Sequence record: NC_054927.1
DNA from: Escherichia phage vB_EcoM_Ozark
Length of the DNA stretch: 64,000 bases
Reading direction: 5' to 3' (one strand)
Shown here: one piece after another, positions 37,379 through 46,858 of the stretch
How the letters are laid out: every line of letters starts with the position of its first letter
Numbering within the stretch: position 1 is the stretch's first letter
Notes under the pieces: generated by a model
Told to the model about the DNA's origin: nothing
Database searches by the model: none
What the model saw: the letters and a program-made list of their open reading frames with translations, nothing else
Position numbers and translations under genes: made by a program

Positions 37379-37465
37379 TGGTGGGGAGTGGTGGAGTCGA
37401 ACCACCCGAGTCGCAATGACAATGGATTTACAGTCCACACCGCTACCTCTACGGGATAACTCCCC
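37379..37465 (-). tRNA. tRNA-Tyr (anticodon GUA), long variable arm
   Basis: Hand-folded: exact 7-bp acceptor GGGGAGT/ACTCCCC, anticodon loop CTGTAAA, ~15-nt variable arm, T-loop TTCGACT, CCA encoded. Confidence 0.7.
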
Positions 37466-37478
37466 TTAATTCTTAATT

Positions 37479-37553
37479 TGGTGGCCCTGGGTGGAATTGA
37501 ACCACCATCTGGCGATTATGAGTCGCTTGCTTGAACCTTCCAGCTACAGGGCC
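37479..37553 (-). tRNA. tRNA with anticodon CAU (elongator Met or Ile with modified C34)
   Basis: Hand-folded: exact acceptor GGCCCTG/CAGGGCC, anticodon loop CTCATAA, T-loop TTCAATT, CCA encoded. Confidence 0.7.
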
Positions 37554-37554
37554 T

Positions 37555-37630
37555 TGGTGCTGATTGACGGAATCGAACCGCCGACCTTCTCATTACAAGT
37601 GAGTTGCTCTACCTACTGAGCTAAATCAGC
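37555..37630 (-). tRNA. tRNA-Thr (anticodon UGU)
   Basis: Hand-folded: exact acceptor GCTGATT/AATCAGC, anticodon loop CTTGTAA, T-loop TTCGATT, CCA encoded. Confidence 0.75.
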
Positions 37631-37635
37631 AAAAC

Positions 37636-37725
37636 TGGCGGAGGCGATAGGATTTGAACCTATGAGTCGCCGGAGCGACTGCCGGTTTTCAAGACCGGTG
37701 CATTAAACCACTCTGCCACGCCTCC
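37636..37725 (-). tRNA. tRNA-Ser (anticodon UGA), long variable arm
   Basis: Hand-folded: exact acceptor GGAGGCG/CGCCTCC, anticodon stem CCGGT/ACCGG with loop CTTGAAA, variable-arm hairpin GTCGC/GCGAC, CCA encoded. Confidence 0.8.
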
Positions 37726-37727
37726 AG

Positions 37728-37801
37728 TCTCCATACAAGGATTTGAACCTTGGACCTCCTGATCCCAAATCAGGCGCTCTACCAAACTGAGCTACACGGA
37801 G
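37728..37801 (-). tRNA. tRNA-Pro (anticodon UGG)
   Basis: Hand-folded: anticodon stem CCTGA/TCAGG, loop TTTGGGA, T-loop TTCAAAT; CCA not encoded. Confidence 0.75.
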
Positions 37802-37811
37802 TAAATTAAAT

Positions 37812-37885
<74 letters not shown>

Positions 37886-37890
37886 AAATT

Positions 37891-37977
37891 TGGTGCGAGA
37901 AGTGGGACTCGAACCCACAAGGAAATCATTCCGCAGCATTTTAAGTGCTGTGCCTTTACCAATTTGACCATTCTCGC
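37891..37977 (-). tRNA. tRNA-Leu (anticodon UAA), long variable arm
   Basis: Hand-folded: exact acceptor GCGAGAA/TTCTCGC, anticodon stem CAGCA/TGCTG with loop CTTAAAA, T-loop TTCGAGT, CCA encoded. Confidence 0.8.
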
Positions 37978-37983
37978 GTTATA

Positions 37984-38592
37984 TTATTTATTACGTGAAA
38001 AAGACTGTTCTATCAATTCTGGACACTTTCGTTCTATCCATTTTCTAGCTTTTTGTGGGCTTATACCTATTATTTTAGCAGCTTTACTAACCCATCCAAA
38101 TTTAGAATAATCGATTTTAACTAATTCTTCGTAAATTTCATCAGTTAAAATCTTTTCATTAATATTTACCAGTAAATGATATAATTTGTTATCATTAGCA
38201 ATTTTAATGAATCTTTTATAGTTTCCGCCTTTACTTAAACCTAATGAAGTAATTGCAGATGATATAGTAGCCGAATTTAATAATGCGTTTAAAATTTCTT
38301 CATCACTAACATTATAACGCTTTTTATTATTTTTAATATTTTTACCAGCAAAAGTATCAGTTTGCGAATGACAGTTTGGACATAATAATCTTAAATTTGA
38401 TTTAAGATGATTTTTGTTATTTCCATCAATATGGTCTAATTGCAGAACAATATGCTTATTTTGCCATTTTGAAATTTTACAAATTGCACACTCATATGGA
38501 AAAATATTTTCTTTTATTATTTTGTCTTTCAGCTTTCCTGTACTAAAATTTGGATGTTTTCCTTCAAAAATTTCAGCTAATTTAGTATCCAT
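37984..38592 (-). CDS. HNH-family homing endonuclease abutting the tRNA cluster
   Basis: HNH/zinc motif LQLDHIDGNNKNHLKSNLRLLCPNCH plus CAIC; ORF track begins at TTG (38616), first ATG at 38592 gives 202 aa; stop lies 6 nt from the tRNA-Leu 5' end. Confidence 0.65.
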   Translation of the reverse strand: MDTKLAEIFEGKHPNFSTGKLKDKIIKENIFPYECAICKISKWQNKHIVLQLDHIDGNNKNHLKSNLRLLCPNCHSQTDTFAGKNIKNNKKRYNVSDEEILNALLNSATISSAITSLGLSKGGNYKRFIKIANDNKLYHLLVNINEKILTDEIYEELVKIDYSKFGWVSKAAKIIGISPQKARKWIERKCPELIEQSFSRNK

Positions 38593-38702
38593 AATATGAT
38601 TCCCAATTATTAACAAAGGCTCTCAAGCAAGAACCCTTGATGATAGAGGGTATTAATCAGTGCGATATGAGTTAATAATAACAAATAATTCTTAAAGCAT
38701 AT

Positions 38703-38990
38703 TTACCATTTATGATAATACATATTTACGATGCATTCAAGACCCAAAGGATTCTTGAAAATATCATATTCAAGAGGACCTTTTTCCGTTTCAATAAAGA
38801 AATCAAAATTTACTGTATTAAATTTACGGTCTTCCTTCACTAATTTAACCTGAGAAGATGAACGGTCAATGTAAACCTTTTCAACTTCAAAACATGTTAA
38901 AATGCCATAATCATCAATCAAGGCTTTAGCTGCTTCTTGATCATATTTATATCCATTTTCAACGGATGATACTTTCGCATAAAGAATCAT
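38703..38990 (-). CDS. Hypothetical protein
   Basis: 95-aa ORF. Confidence 0.4.
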   Translation of the reverse strand: MILYAKVSSVENGYKYDQEAAKALIDDYGILTCFEVEKVYIDRSSSQVKLVKEDRKFNTVNFDFFIETEKGPLEYDIFKNPLGLECIVNMYYHKW

Positions 38991-38992
38991 TA

Positions 38993-39415
38993 TCAGCCTT
39001 CATCAACAATAGTATGAGTATGGGCATTTACGATTTGCCACCAATCAAAGCGATTAGAACCATACATCGGTTTGTTTTCATTTTCTTTGATAATATCACG
39101 GAGTTCATCTTCGGTAGCGGCTTTCGCGATTAAATCAGCATATCCACCACGAGGATAATAATTATCACCTGCAAAAAGTAAAAAATTTGGTGTAATATTA
39201 TTGAACTCTTCAAGAGTAATAACTGTTCCTGATGGTAATTGAACAATCTCTACATAGTTATATCCTAATTTTTGAGCAGCATCTACTGCTTCAAGCAGAG
39301 TATCATGAGCCCGTCCTATTTGGCAATTTGGCTTTTTAGATGGATTAGCCTGATAATCCGCGTACACTTTATACATTCTATTCACCTTTAGAAATTTTAT
39401 CCATAACGATAGCAA
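38993..39415 (-). CDS. Hypothetical protein
   Basis: 140-aa ORF; true start may be the internal Met (MYKVYADYQ...). Confidence 0.4.
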   Translation of the reverse strand: MLSLWIKFLKVNRMYKVYADYQANPSKKPNCQIGRAHDTLLEAVDAAQKLGYNYVEIVQLPSGTVITLEEFNNITPNFLLFAGDNYYPRGGYADLIAKAATEDELRDIIKENENKPMYGSNRFDWWQIVNAHTHTIVDEG

Positions 39416-39563
39416 TTAAACCAATTACAAATGCTACTACAAGTGAAAACACATTTTCTGCTGTAGTTAATAATCCGCATATAAATCCAACAAACATTGA
39501 AAAACTAAAAGCGGAAGCAGAAATTGCAATAGCAACATTTCGAATTAATTCACAGCGTTTCAT
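39378..39563 (-). CDS. Small membrane protein
   Basis: 61-aa ORF, two hydrophobic helices; directly downstream of a promoter/stem-loop cassette. Confidence 0.3.
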   Translation of the reverse strand: MKRCELIRNVAIAISASAFSFSMFVGFICGLLTTAENVFSLVVAFVIGLIAIVMDKISKGE

Positions 39564-39580
39564 TTTATTCTCCTCAGTAG

Positions 39581-39623
39581 TTGATAGGGTAATAGTATCA
39601 CTACCCTATCTAAAAGTAAACTT
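39581..39623 (-). promoter_or_regulatory. Early promoter / stem-loop cassette
   Basis: -10 element TGATACTAT embedded in the loop of a gataggg/ccctatc inverted repeat; GTTTAC -35 at 39616-39621. Confidence 0.45.
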
Positions 39624-39855
39624 ATTTTTTACGAAAAATTGATTTATTTTCTGCTGCCCATTTTTCAATAACTGCAGCAGGACCAGTAACAACAATTTTA
39701 TCACCGTAATCTTCTGCAGCGAGTTGACCGAAATTATCTAATGCATCACGAAGAACTCCATGAGGCATTTCGCCCATTTTATCCTTCTTGCCAATGTAAA
39801 TAAACTCAACTTTTACATCAACAGCTTCAGCAATAAATTCTTGATATGTTTTCAT
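39622..39855 (-). CDS. Internal-protein-like packaged protein with capsid-targeting sequence
   Basis: ORF track begins at GTG (39873); the ATG at 39855 gives a 77-aa protein starting MKTYQEFIAEA, the canonical internal-protein capsid-targeting sequence; early promoter upstream. Confidence 0.55.
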   Translation of the reverse strand: MKTYQEFIAEAVDVKVEFIYIGKKDKMGEMPHGVLRDALDNFGQLAAEDYGDKIVVTGPAAVIEKWAAENKSIFRKK

Positions 39856-39888
39856 TTTATTCTCCAATTTCACATTTGTTTTGATAGG

Positions 39889-39923
39889 GTAATAGTATCA
39901 CTACTAAAACCCCGTGTAAACAA
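39889..39923 (-). promoter_or_regulatory. Early promoter upstream of the MKTYQEFIAEA internal-protein gene
   Basis: Minus strand GTTTAC-N15-TGA-TACTAT; shares extended flank (ttgatagggtaatagtatcactac) with the 39581 copy. Confidence 0.5.
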
Positions 39924-39940
39924 CTTTGTGAAATTGTTTA

Positions 39941-40231
39941 TTACAAAAGATTTTTAGCAATAATCTTGAGATGTGCTGCAGAAATGTGTTTAGCTTTAAA
40001 CAACGCAGTTTCTTCGGCAGGAGAGATAACGATTGTAGCACCATCCTTTTTAGCAGACCACCCATCACCTAGGTAAACAGTACCTTTGATTTCTTCGCCA
40101 TCAACCAGACTAATCATTGGTTTACCTTCTCGTCCTTTATTTGCTTTAATAACTTCAGAAGTAAGAGTAGCTTCGGTAATGGTAGAAACCGGGGTAGTTG
40201 TAGTAGAAGTAAATTCTTTAAATGTTTTCAT
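39941..40231 (-). CDS. Putative packaged protein with capsid-targeting-like N-terminus
   Basis: 96-aa ORF starting MKTFKEF followed by a Thr-rich segment and ITE-A protease-type site; promoter/stem-loop cassette upstream. Confidence 0.45.
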   Translation of the reverse strand: MKTFKEFTSTTTTPVSTITEATLTSEVIKANKGREGKPMISLVDGEEIKGTVYLGDGWSAKKDGATIVISPAEETALFKAKHISAAHLKIIAKNLL

Positions 40232-40251
40232 TTTTATTTTCCTAATTAATT

Positions 40252-40294
40252 TTGATGAGGTAATAGTATCACTACCTCATCAGTATGTAAACAA
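40252..40294 (-). promoter_or_regulatory. Early promoter / stem-loop cassette
   Basis: -10 element within the gatgagg/cctcatc inverted repeat; GTTTAC -35 at 40287-40292. Confidence 0.45.
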
Positions 40295-40304
40295 CTTTGT
40301 GAAA

Positions 40305-41001
<697 letters not shown>

Positions 41002-41002
<1 letters not shown>

Positions 41003-41715
41003 TATAGTACCTTTAGTGTATTTTTTAATTTTAGAAAAAGTTCTTCAAGAGAACCATCGTTTGTAATTACTAAATCGCCATCACGAATTGGCAATCCAGC
41101 TTCTGTAATATGTGTATCATTGGATTTTTGACCAGGACGAACTACATGAATTACTGTAGCACCCATCGCCCTAGCCGCATCCATTTCATGATCTTGACGA
41201 GTATCAGGAACGATATAATAATCATAACCTGAGTTAAATTTATCAAGATAATCTAAAGCAAATAATTTTACCCAATACATGCGGTCGAAGTTATTAACAA
41301 TCAAATCCGTACCTAGGGCTTGCATCAGACGACGGACTGACCATTGATCTTCAATATTATTTATAACGTCAGCAATCTTGTTAAATGCTACGAAATTAAC
41401 TGCGTCATCAAAAACAAACACGCCTTTAATTGGGCTTTTACTATTAAGATAGCAAAATGCTTGTTCCATAATCGTAATTACTTCTAATTTAGTCAGATTT
41501 AAATTAGTCTCGCGATCATAGTCAATTCCTTCAAACTCTTTACGAGTTAAACAAGGATAGTCAGTGTTTGCTGCAAATACGCCCCATGCATAAGCCAATG
41601 CATCTTTAATAGGACCAGCAAGTTGATATTTAACTGCAGAATAATTATTCATAATAAAATCTGCAGTAGTATCTTTTCCACTACGCTTTACACCGCTTAA
41701 AAAGATTAGTTTCAT
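41002..41715 (-). CDS. 1: Deoxynucleoside monophosphate kinase gp1
   Basis: ORF track begins at TTG (41754); the ATG at 41715 with GGAG ribosome-binding site gives a 237-aa protein MKLIFLSGVKRSGKDT (P-loop). Confidence 0.85.
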
Positions 41716-41764
41716 ATGTTTCTCCTCAAATTTAGTTAAGATTATAACACACAAAACTGAAGCA

Positions 41765-42295
41765 TTAAACTTCTGCTATAATTTTTCCATCTTTTTCTAC
41801 TTGAAAATACGTATAAGGAATCGTTGCTGTGCATACTAAAGCTGGGTCTGAATCTTCCGTGTAGCTAAATTCTACTTCAGACAGGTCAGAAACCCAAGGC
41901 TTATAAAAATTTATTGACATCACGATTTCAGTTTTACTATTATCTAAAATGTAAAGCGTAATGTATTCAGGACCTGTTTTTTGGGCAGTATTTTCGCCTG
42001 TAAGATAGTTACTAGTTCCTAGCATCCATTCATACATTCCTATCCACGACTTAAGTTCTTCATCAACTATAAATCTCACAATGAGTGGATCATACTCAAA
42101 TGTAACACCTGGACGTTGTGCTCGGCCCAGTCCAAACGGCCCAGTCACGGTATCAGTAACAGGTATTCTAATTCCTGGAATAGGAACTGACTGAGCATTT
42201 AAAGTAAAAGCAGATGTAGTATTACTATGTGGTATTGATACTACAAAGTTAGTTGTATTTGCTTGGTTAAAAATTTGTTGCAGAGCTTGCGACAT
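41765..42295 (-). CDS. 3: Tail completion / sheath stabiliser gp3
   Basis: ORF track begins at TTG (42376); the ATG at 42295 with GAGGA ribosome-binding site gives 176 aa (MSQALQQIFNQ...), the T4 gp3 size. Confidence 0.8.
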   Translation of the reverse strand: MSQALQQIFNQANTTNFVVSIPHSNTTSAFTLNAQSVPIPGIRIPVTDTVTGPFGLGRAQRPGVTFEYDPLIVRFIVDEELKSWIGMYEWMLGTSNYLTGENTAQKTGPEYITLYILDNSKTEIVMSINFYKPWVSDLSEVEFSYTEDSDPALVCTATIPYTYFQVEKDGKIIAEV

Positions 42296-42401
42296 ATATT
42301 CCTCATAATGCTTTATAACTGTTGGTGGTATAATGGGTCTAAGTCCCTTCCATTCAATTCCATTTAGAACAAACAACAGAAAAGAATGGAAGATAATAGA
42401 A

Positions 42402-43226
42402 TTAAATATTTGACCAGACTTTGTTTGCAGAGAAACGTTTTCCTTTTGAAACGAACTGCTGAAGTGGCATTAACACAACGTTCGCCCAGTCTTTCGGGGC
42501 GATTTCAACAAGGCTACCCATAATATTACCGGGTATATATGCCTTAATCATTTGGTCTGCACCCCTAAATCCTTTCACTTGACTCCAATCAATTTTTAAT
42601 TTCGTTTTATTAGTAATAGTAGGTGTATTTGCATATTGCTTTAAAAGCTCTTCTAGAAATTGCTGACGAGCTTTAGGTGGAATATAGTGCAAGTTCAATC
42701 CGTACATTAAATTATGCTTACCTAAACCAAGGTAAATTATCAAAGGAAATTTATCCCAGTAAGGAAGAGTTTCCTTGTGTTTAGCATCATAAGCAAAAGC
42801 ATATATTCGTCCCGGCTGCGGGCGAACAACTTTATGTCCTTTTACTTGCTTAATAGTTTCAGCAAACCACTTTCTGGTTTTATTATTAATTGCTGCACCT
42901 TCATTACGAATTTTATCACGCAATGTTTGTCTGAATGAATTTATCATAAGCAGTTGTCTTTCTTGCTTATTGAGTTTATTCATTGGTTTTGATTCAAGCT
43001 TTTGAATCTTTTCAGCTGTTTTAATTCCTGAAGCATATTTTGACATTGCTGAAGTAAACGTAGAGTATTTGATTCCTCTTTCTTCAGCAAATTGCTTTCC
43101 TGTCATTCCTTTTGCTTTGGCCTTTTTATATTCAAGACCTATTTGAATCCATTTCTTTTCGTTTAATGATTGCTTAACCTTTGGAACTTGGGGAGTGCTT
43201 TCATTAATTATTTGAAAAATAGCCAT
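42402..43226 (-). CDS. 2: DNA end-protector protein gp2
   Basis: 274-aa ORF, size and order (between gp3 and gp4) as in T4. Confidence 0.85.
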
Positions 43227-43678
43227 TATGCCCCCTTAAAGCCAAGAGCTCGTAATCCATCTTCTGTTAGAATTCTAAATTTTATTCCACGCTTTTCAGC
43301 TAAAGCTTGCGCTGCTTTCCATTTGTCGGTATTAACAGAATATGTATAAATTTCATTCATAAATCTTTTCTTCGCTGCGGTTGTTAGATGTGCTGGTTTA
43401 ACTGGTGGTTGTGTTTCTTTTTTAGGTTTTATTTCAATAAAAAATTCTTGTCCAGAAGAATCTTTCATCCAAATATCCATGAAGTATCTACGTTTTTTCC
43501 CTTCTGCATTACAAAAATAAGGAATTACTGCTGTTTCACTACCCCATGCAATAATTTCTGGATTTTTATCTAACCATTCAAAAAAGAATTTTTCCCAATT
43601 TGATCTATACGTAATTTTTTTAGGGTCACCTCTATACTTTGATATATTTTTAGGAACCCATTTTCCAGAATATGCCAT
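43226..43678 (-). CDS. 4: Head completion protein gp4
   Basis: 150-aa ORF; 1-nt overlap with gp2 start; late promoter TATAAATA on the minus strand just upstream. Confidence 0.85.
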
Positions 43679-43689
43679 TGGATTCTCCT

Positions 43690-43697
43690 TATAAATA
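43690..43697 (+). promoter_or_regulatory. Late promoter (TATAAATA) for gene 53
   Basis: Exact TATAAATA ~28 nt upstream of the gp53 ATG. Confidence 0.6.
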
Positions 43698-43704
43698 GAT
43701 AATA

Positions 43705-43712
43705 TATTTATA
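43705..43712 (-). promoter_or_regulatory. Late promoter (TATAAATA on minus strand) for genes 4-2-3
   Basis: Exact TATAAATA on the minus strand ~27 nt upstream of the gp4 ATG; divergent from the gp53 promoter. Confidence 0.55.
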
Positions 43713-43725
43713 AACAGGAGGGCCC

Positions 43726-44316
43726 ATGCTCTTTACATTTTTTGATCCGATTGAATATGCGGCCAAAACGGTGAATAAAAACGCGCCGACTATTCCTATG
43801 ACAGATATTTTTAGAAACTATAAAGACTATTTTAAACGCGCTCTTGCGGGATACCGCTTACGTACTTACTATATTAAAGGTTCACCACGCCCGGAAGAAT
43901 TAGCAAATGCTATATATGGAAATCCGCAGTTGTATTGGGTTTTATTGATGTGTAATGATAATTATGATCCGTATTATGGATGGATTACTTCGCAAGAAGC
44001 TGCTTATCAAGCATCTATACAAAAATACAAAAATGTGGGTGGAGACCAAATAGTATATCATGTGAATGAGAATGGTGAAAAATTTTATAATTTAATATCA
44101 TACGATGATGATCCATATGTTTGGTATGACAAAGGCGATAAAGCTAGAAAATATCCTCAATATGAAGGAGCACTTGCTGCGGTCGATACGTATGAAGCGG
44201 CTGTTCTTGAAAATGAAAAACTTCGTCAAATAAAAATAATAGCAAAATCAGACATCAATTCATTTATGAACGACCTTATACGTATAATGGAGAAATCTTA
44301 TGGAAATGATAAGTAA
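43726..44316 (+). CDS. 53: Baseplate wedge protein gp53
   Basis: 196-aa ORF, first gene after the strand switch; late promoter TATAAATA at 43690-43697. Confidence 0.85.
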   Translation: MLFTFFDPIEYAAKTVNKNAPTIPMTDIFRNYKDYFKRALAGYRLRTYYIKGSPRPEELANAIYGNPQLYWVLLMCNDNYDPYYGWITSQEAAYQASIQKYKNVGGDQIVYHVNENGEKFYNLISYDDDPYVWYDKGDKARKYPQYEGALAAVDTYEAAVLENEKLRQIKIIAKSDINSFMNDLIRIMEKSYGNDK

Positions 44317-46027
44317 TAACCTTAATTGGTTTGTTGGTGTTGTTGAAGATAGAATGGACCCATTAAAATTAGGTCGTGTTCGTGTTCGTGTGGTTGGTTT
44401 GCATCCACCCCAAAGAGCACAAGGTGATGTAATGGGTATTCCAACTGAAAAATTACCATGGATGTCAGTTATTCAACCTATAACTTCTGCAGCGATGTCA
44501 GGAATTGGAGGTTCTGTTACAGGGCCAGTAGAAGGAACTAGAGTTTATGGTCATTTTTTAGACAAATGGAAAACTAACGGAATTGTCCTTGGCACATATG
44601 GTGGAATAGTTCGCGAAAAACCGAATAGACTTGAAGGATTTTCTGACCCAACTGGGCAGTATCCTAGACGTTTAGGAAATGATACGAACGTACTAAACCA
44701 AGGCGGAGAAGTAGGATATGATTCGTCTTCTAACATTATCCAAGATAGTAACTTAGACACCGCAATAAATCCCGATGATAGACCACTATCAGAAATTCCA
44801 ACCGATGATAATCCAAATATGTCAATGGCTGAAATGCTTCGCCGTGATGAAGGATTAAGACTAAAAGTTTATTGGGATACCGAAGGATATCCGACAATTG
44901 GTATTGGTCATCTTATCATGAAGCAGCCAGTTCGTGATATGGCTCAAATTAATAAAGTTTTATCAAAACAAGTTGGTCGTGAAATTACAGGAAATCCAGG
45001 TTCTATTACAATGGAAGAAGCGACAGCTTTATTTGAGCGTGATTTGGCTGATATGCAACGTGACATTAAATCACATTCTAAAGTAGGACCAGTCTGGCAA
45101 GCTGTCAACCGTTCTCGTCAAATGGCATTAGAAAATATGGCATTTCAGATGGGTGTTGGTGGTGTAGCTAAATTTAACACAATGTTAACTGCTATGTTAG
45201 CCGGAGATTGGGAAAAAGCATATAAAGCTGGTCGTGATTCATTGTGGTATCAACAAACAAAAGGCCGTGCATCCCGTGTTACCATGATTATTCTTACGGG
45301 GAATTTGGAATCATATGGCGTTGAAGTGAAAACCCCAGCTAGGTCTCTATCAGCAATGGCTGCTACTGTAGCTAAATCTTCTGACCCTGCTGACCCTCCT
45401 ATTCCAAATGACTCGAGAATTTTATTCAAAGAACCAGTTTCTTCATATAAAGGTGAATATCCTTATGTGCATACGATGGAAACTGAAAGCGGACATATTC
45501 AGGAATTTGATGATACCCCTGGGCAAGAACGATATAGATTAGTTCATCCAACTGGAACTTATGAAGAAGTATCACCGTCAGGAAGAAGAACAAGAAAAAC
45601 TGTTGATAATTTGTATGATATAACCAACGCTGATGGTAATTTTTTGGTAGCCGGTGATAAAAAGACTAACGTCGGTGGATCAGAAATTTATTACAACATG
45701 GATAATCGTCTTCACCAGATAGATGGAAGCAATACAATATTTGTGCGTGGAGATGAAACTAAGACGGTTGAAGGTAATGGAACTATCCTAGTCAAAGGTA
45801 ATGTTACTATTGTAGTTGAAGGCAATGCTGACATTACAGTTAAAGGAGATGCTACCACTTTAGTTGAAGGTAATCAAACTAATACAGTAAATGGAAATCT
45901 TTCTTGGAAAGTTGCTGGGACAGTTGATTGGGACGTTGGCGGTGATTGGACAGAAAAAATGGCATCTATGAGTTCTATTTCATCTGGTCAATACACAATT
46001 GATGGATCGAGGATTGACATTGGCTAA
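44300..46027 (+). CDS. 5: Baseplate hub / cell-puncturing protein gp5 with lysozyme domain
   Basis: 575-aa ORF; internal lysozyme domain (MAEMLRRDEGLRLKVYWDTEGYPTIGIGHLI, paralogous to gene e); C-terminal VxGxxxxx beta-helix repeats. Confidence 0.9.
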   Translation: MEMISNNLNWFVGVVEDRMDPLKLGRVRVRVVGLHPPQRAQGDVMGIPTEKLPWMSVIQPITSAAMSGIGGSVTGPVEGTRVYGHFLDKWKTNGIVLGTYGGIVREKPNRLEGFSDPTGQYPRRLGNDTNVLNQGGEVGYDSSSNIIQDSNLDTAINPDDRPLSEIPTDDNPNMSMAEMLRRDEGLRLKVYWDTEGYPTIGIGHLIMKQPVRDMAQINKVLSKQVGREITGNPGSITMEEATALFERDLADMQRDIKSHSKVGPVWQAVNRSRQMALENMAFQMGVGGVAKFNTMLTAMLAGDWEKAYKAGRDSLWYQQTKGRASRVTMIILTGNLESYGVEVKTPARSLSAMAATVAKSSDPADPPIPNDSRILFKEPVSSYKGEYPYVHTMETESGHIQEFDDTPGQERYRLVHPTGTYEEVSPSGRRTRKTVDNLYDITNADGNFLVAGDKKTNVGGSEIYYNMDNRLHQIDGSNTIFVRGDETKTVEGNGTILVKGNVTIVVEGNADITVKGDATTLVEGNQTNTVNGNLSWKVAGTVDWDVGGDWTEKMASMSSISSGQYTIDGSRIDIG

Positions 46028-46037
46028 TATACTTCCA

Positions 46038-46556
46038 ATGAGCGCTGATTTAGGAGAATCCATGGAAGGTTCTTCTATCGACGTCACCTTTACCGCTCAA
46101 TTAGAAACAGGTGAAACGTTAGTATCTATAAATATAACTAGTTACGAAGAAACTCCTGGGGTTTTAGTAGAAGAAAATCGCTTATATGGAACATATGAAT
46201 CTGTGTTTGGATTTGGAAATGACGCGTTGAAATATCGTTTAGGCGATGAATTTAAAACTGCTGCTTCATGGGAAGAACTTCCTACTGATTCTGATACTCA
46301 GTTGTATTTGTGGAAAGCTCCTCAAAACCTCCAGAAGACCTTCACTTACGAAGTAACATTAATATATGACTACCAAGAACAAAGTGAATCTGGAGGTTCT
46401 GGCAGTAATTCTAGGTCATCTTCTGATACTACTGAACCGACAGATCCTCCTGCTCCAGTAAGAAAAACTCTCGTTAAAAATTACACAAAAACTATAGTTG
46501 GAAATTGGAGTCGTTGGGCTAATAAACTGAGAAGCTATGTATATGAGAGGTCATAA
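46038..46556 (+). CDS. 5.1: gp5.1-like protein
   Basis: ORF track gives 45999-46556; the ATG at 46038 lies just after the gp5 stop; start is uncertain. Confidence 0.5.
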
Positions 46557-46850
46557 ATGTCAGGATTAAGTTATGATAAGTGTGTTACTGCTGGCCATGA
46601 AGCGTGGCCTCCAACAGTTGTGAATGCTACGCAAAGTAAAGTATTCACTGGAGGAATTGCTGTTCTCGTAGCAGGCGATCCAATTACAGAACATACAGAA
46701 ATTAAAAAGCCATATGAAACACATGGCGGAGTGACACAACCTAGAACTTCTAAGGTATATGTCACTGGAAAGAAAGCTGTTCAAATGGCTGATCCAATAT
46801 CATGCGGTGATACTGTGGCTCAGGCATCATCTAAAGTATTCATTAAATAG
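46557..46850 (+). CDS. 5.4: PAAR-repeat spike-tip protein gp5.4
   Basis: 97-aa ORF between gp5.1 and gp6, size as in T4 gp5.4. Confidence 0.75.
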
Positions 46851-46858
46851 GATTTAAA

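Noticed and set aside
37978-38700. Search for a tRNA-Gln gene upstream of tRNA-Leu
   Set aside because: No T-arm-like GTTCGAA/TTCGAA-type motif with a flanking acceptor pairing was found by eye; the region is occupied by the HNH ORF. A tRNA finder should still be run.
45760-45930. Periodic DNA repeat (gttgaaggtaat...) that could be mistaken for a repeat array
   Set aside because: It encodes the VxGxxxxx beta-helix of the gp5 needle; it is coding periodicity, not a CRISPR or satellite array.
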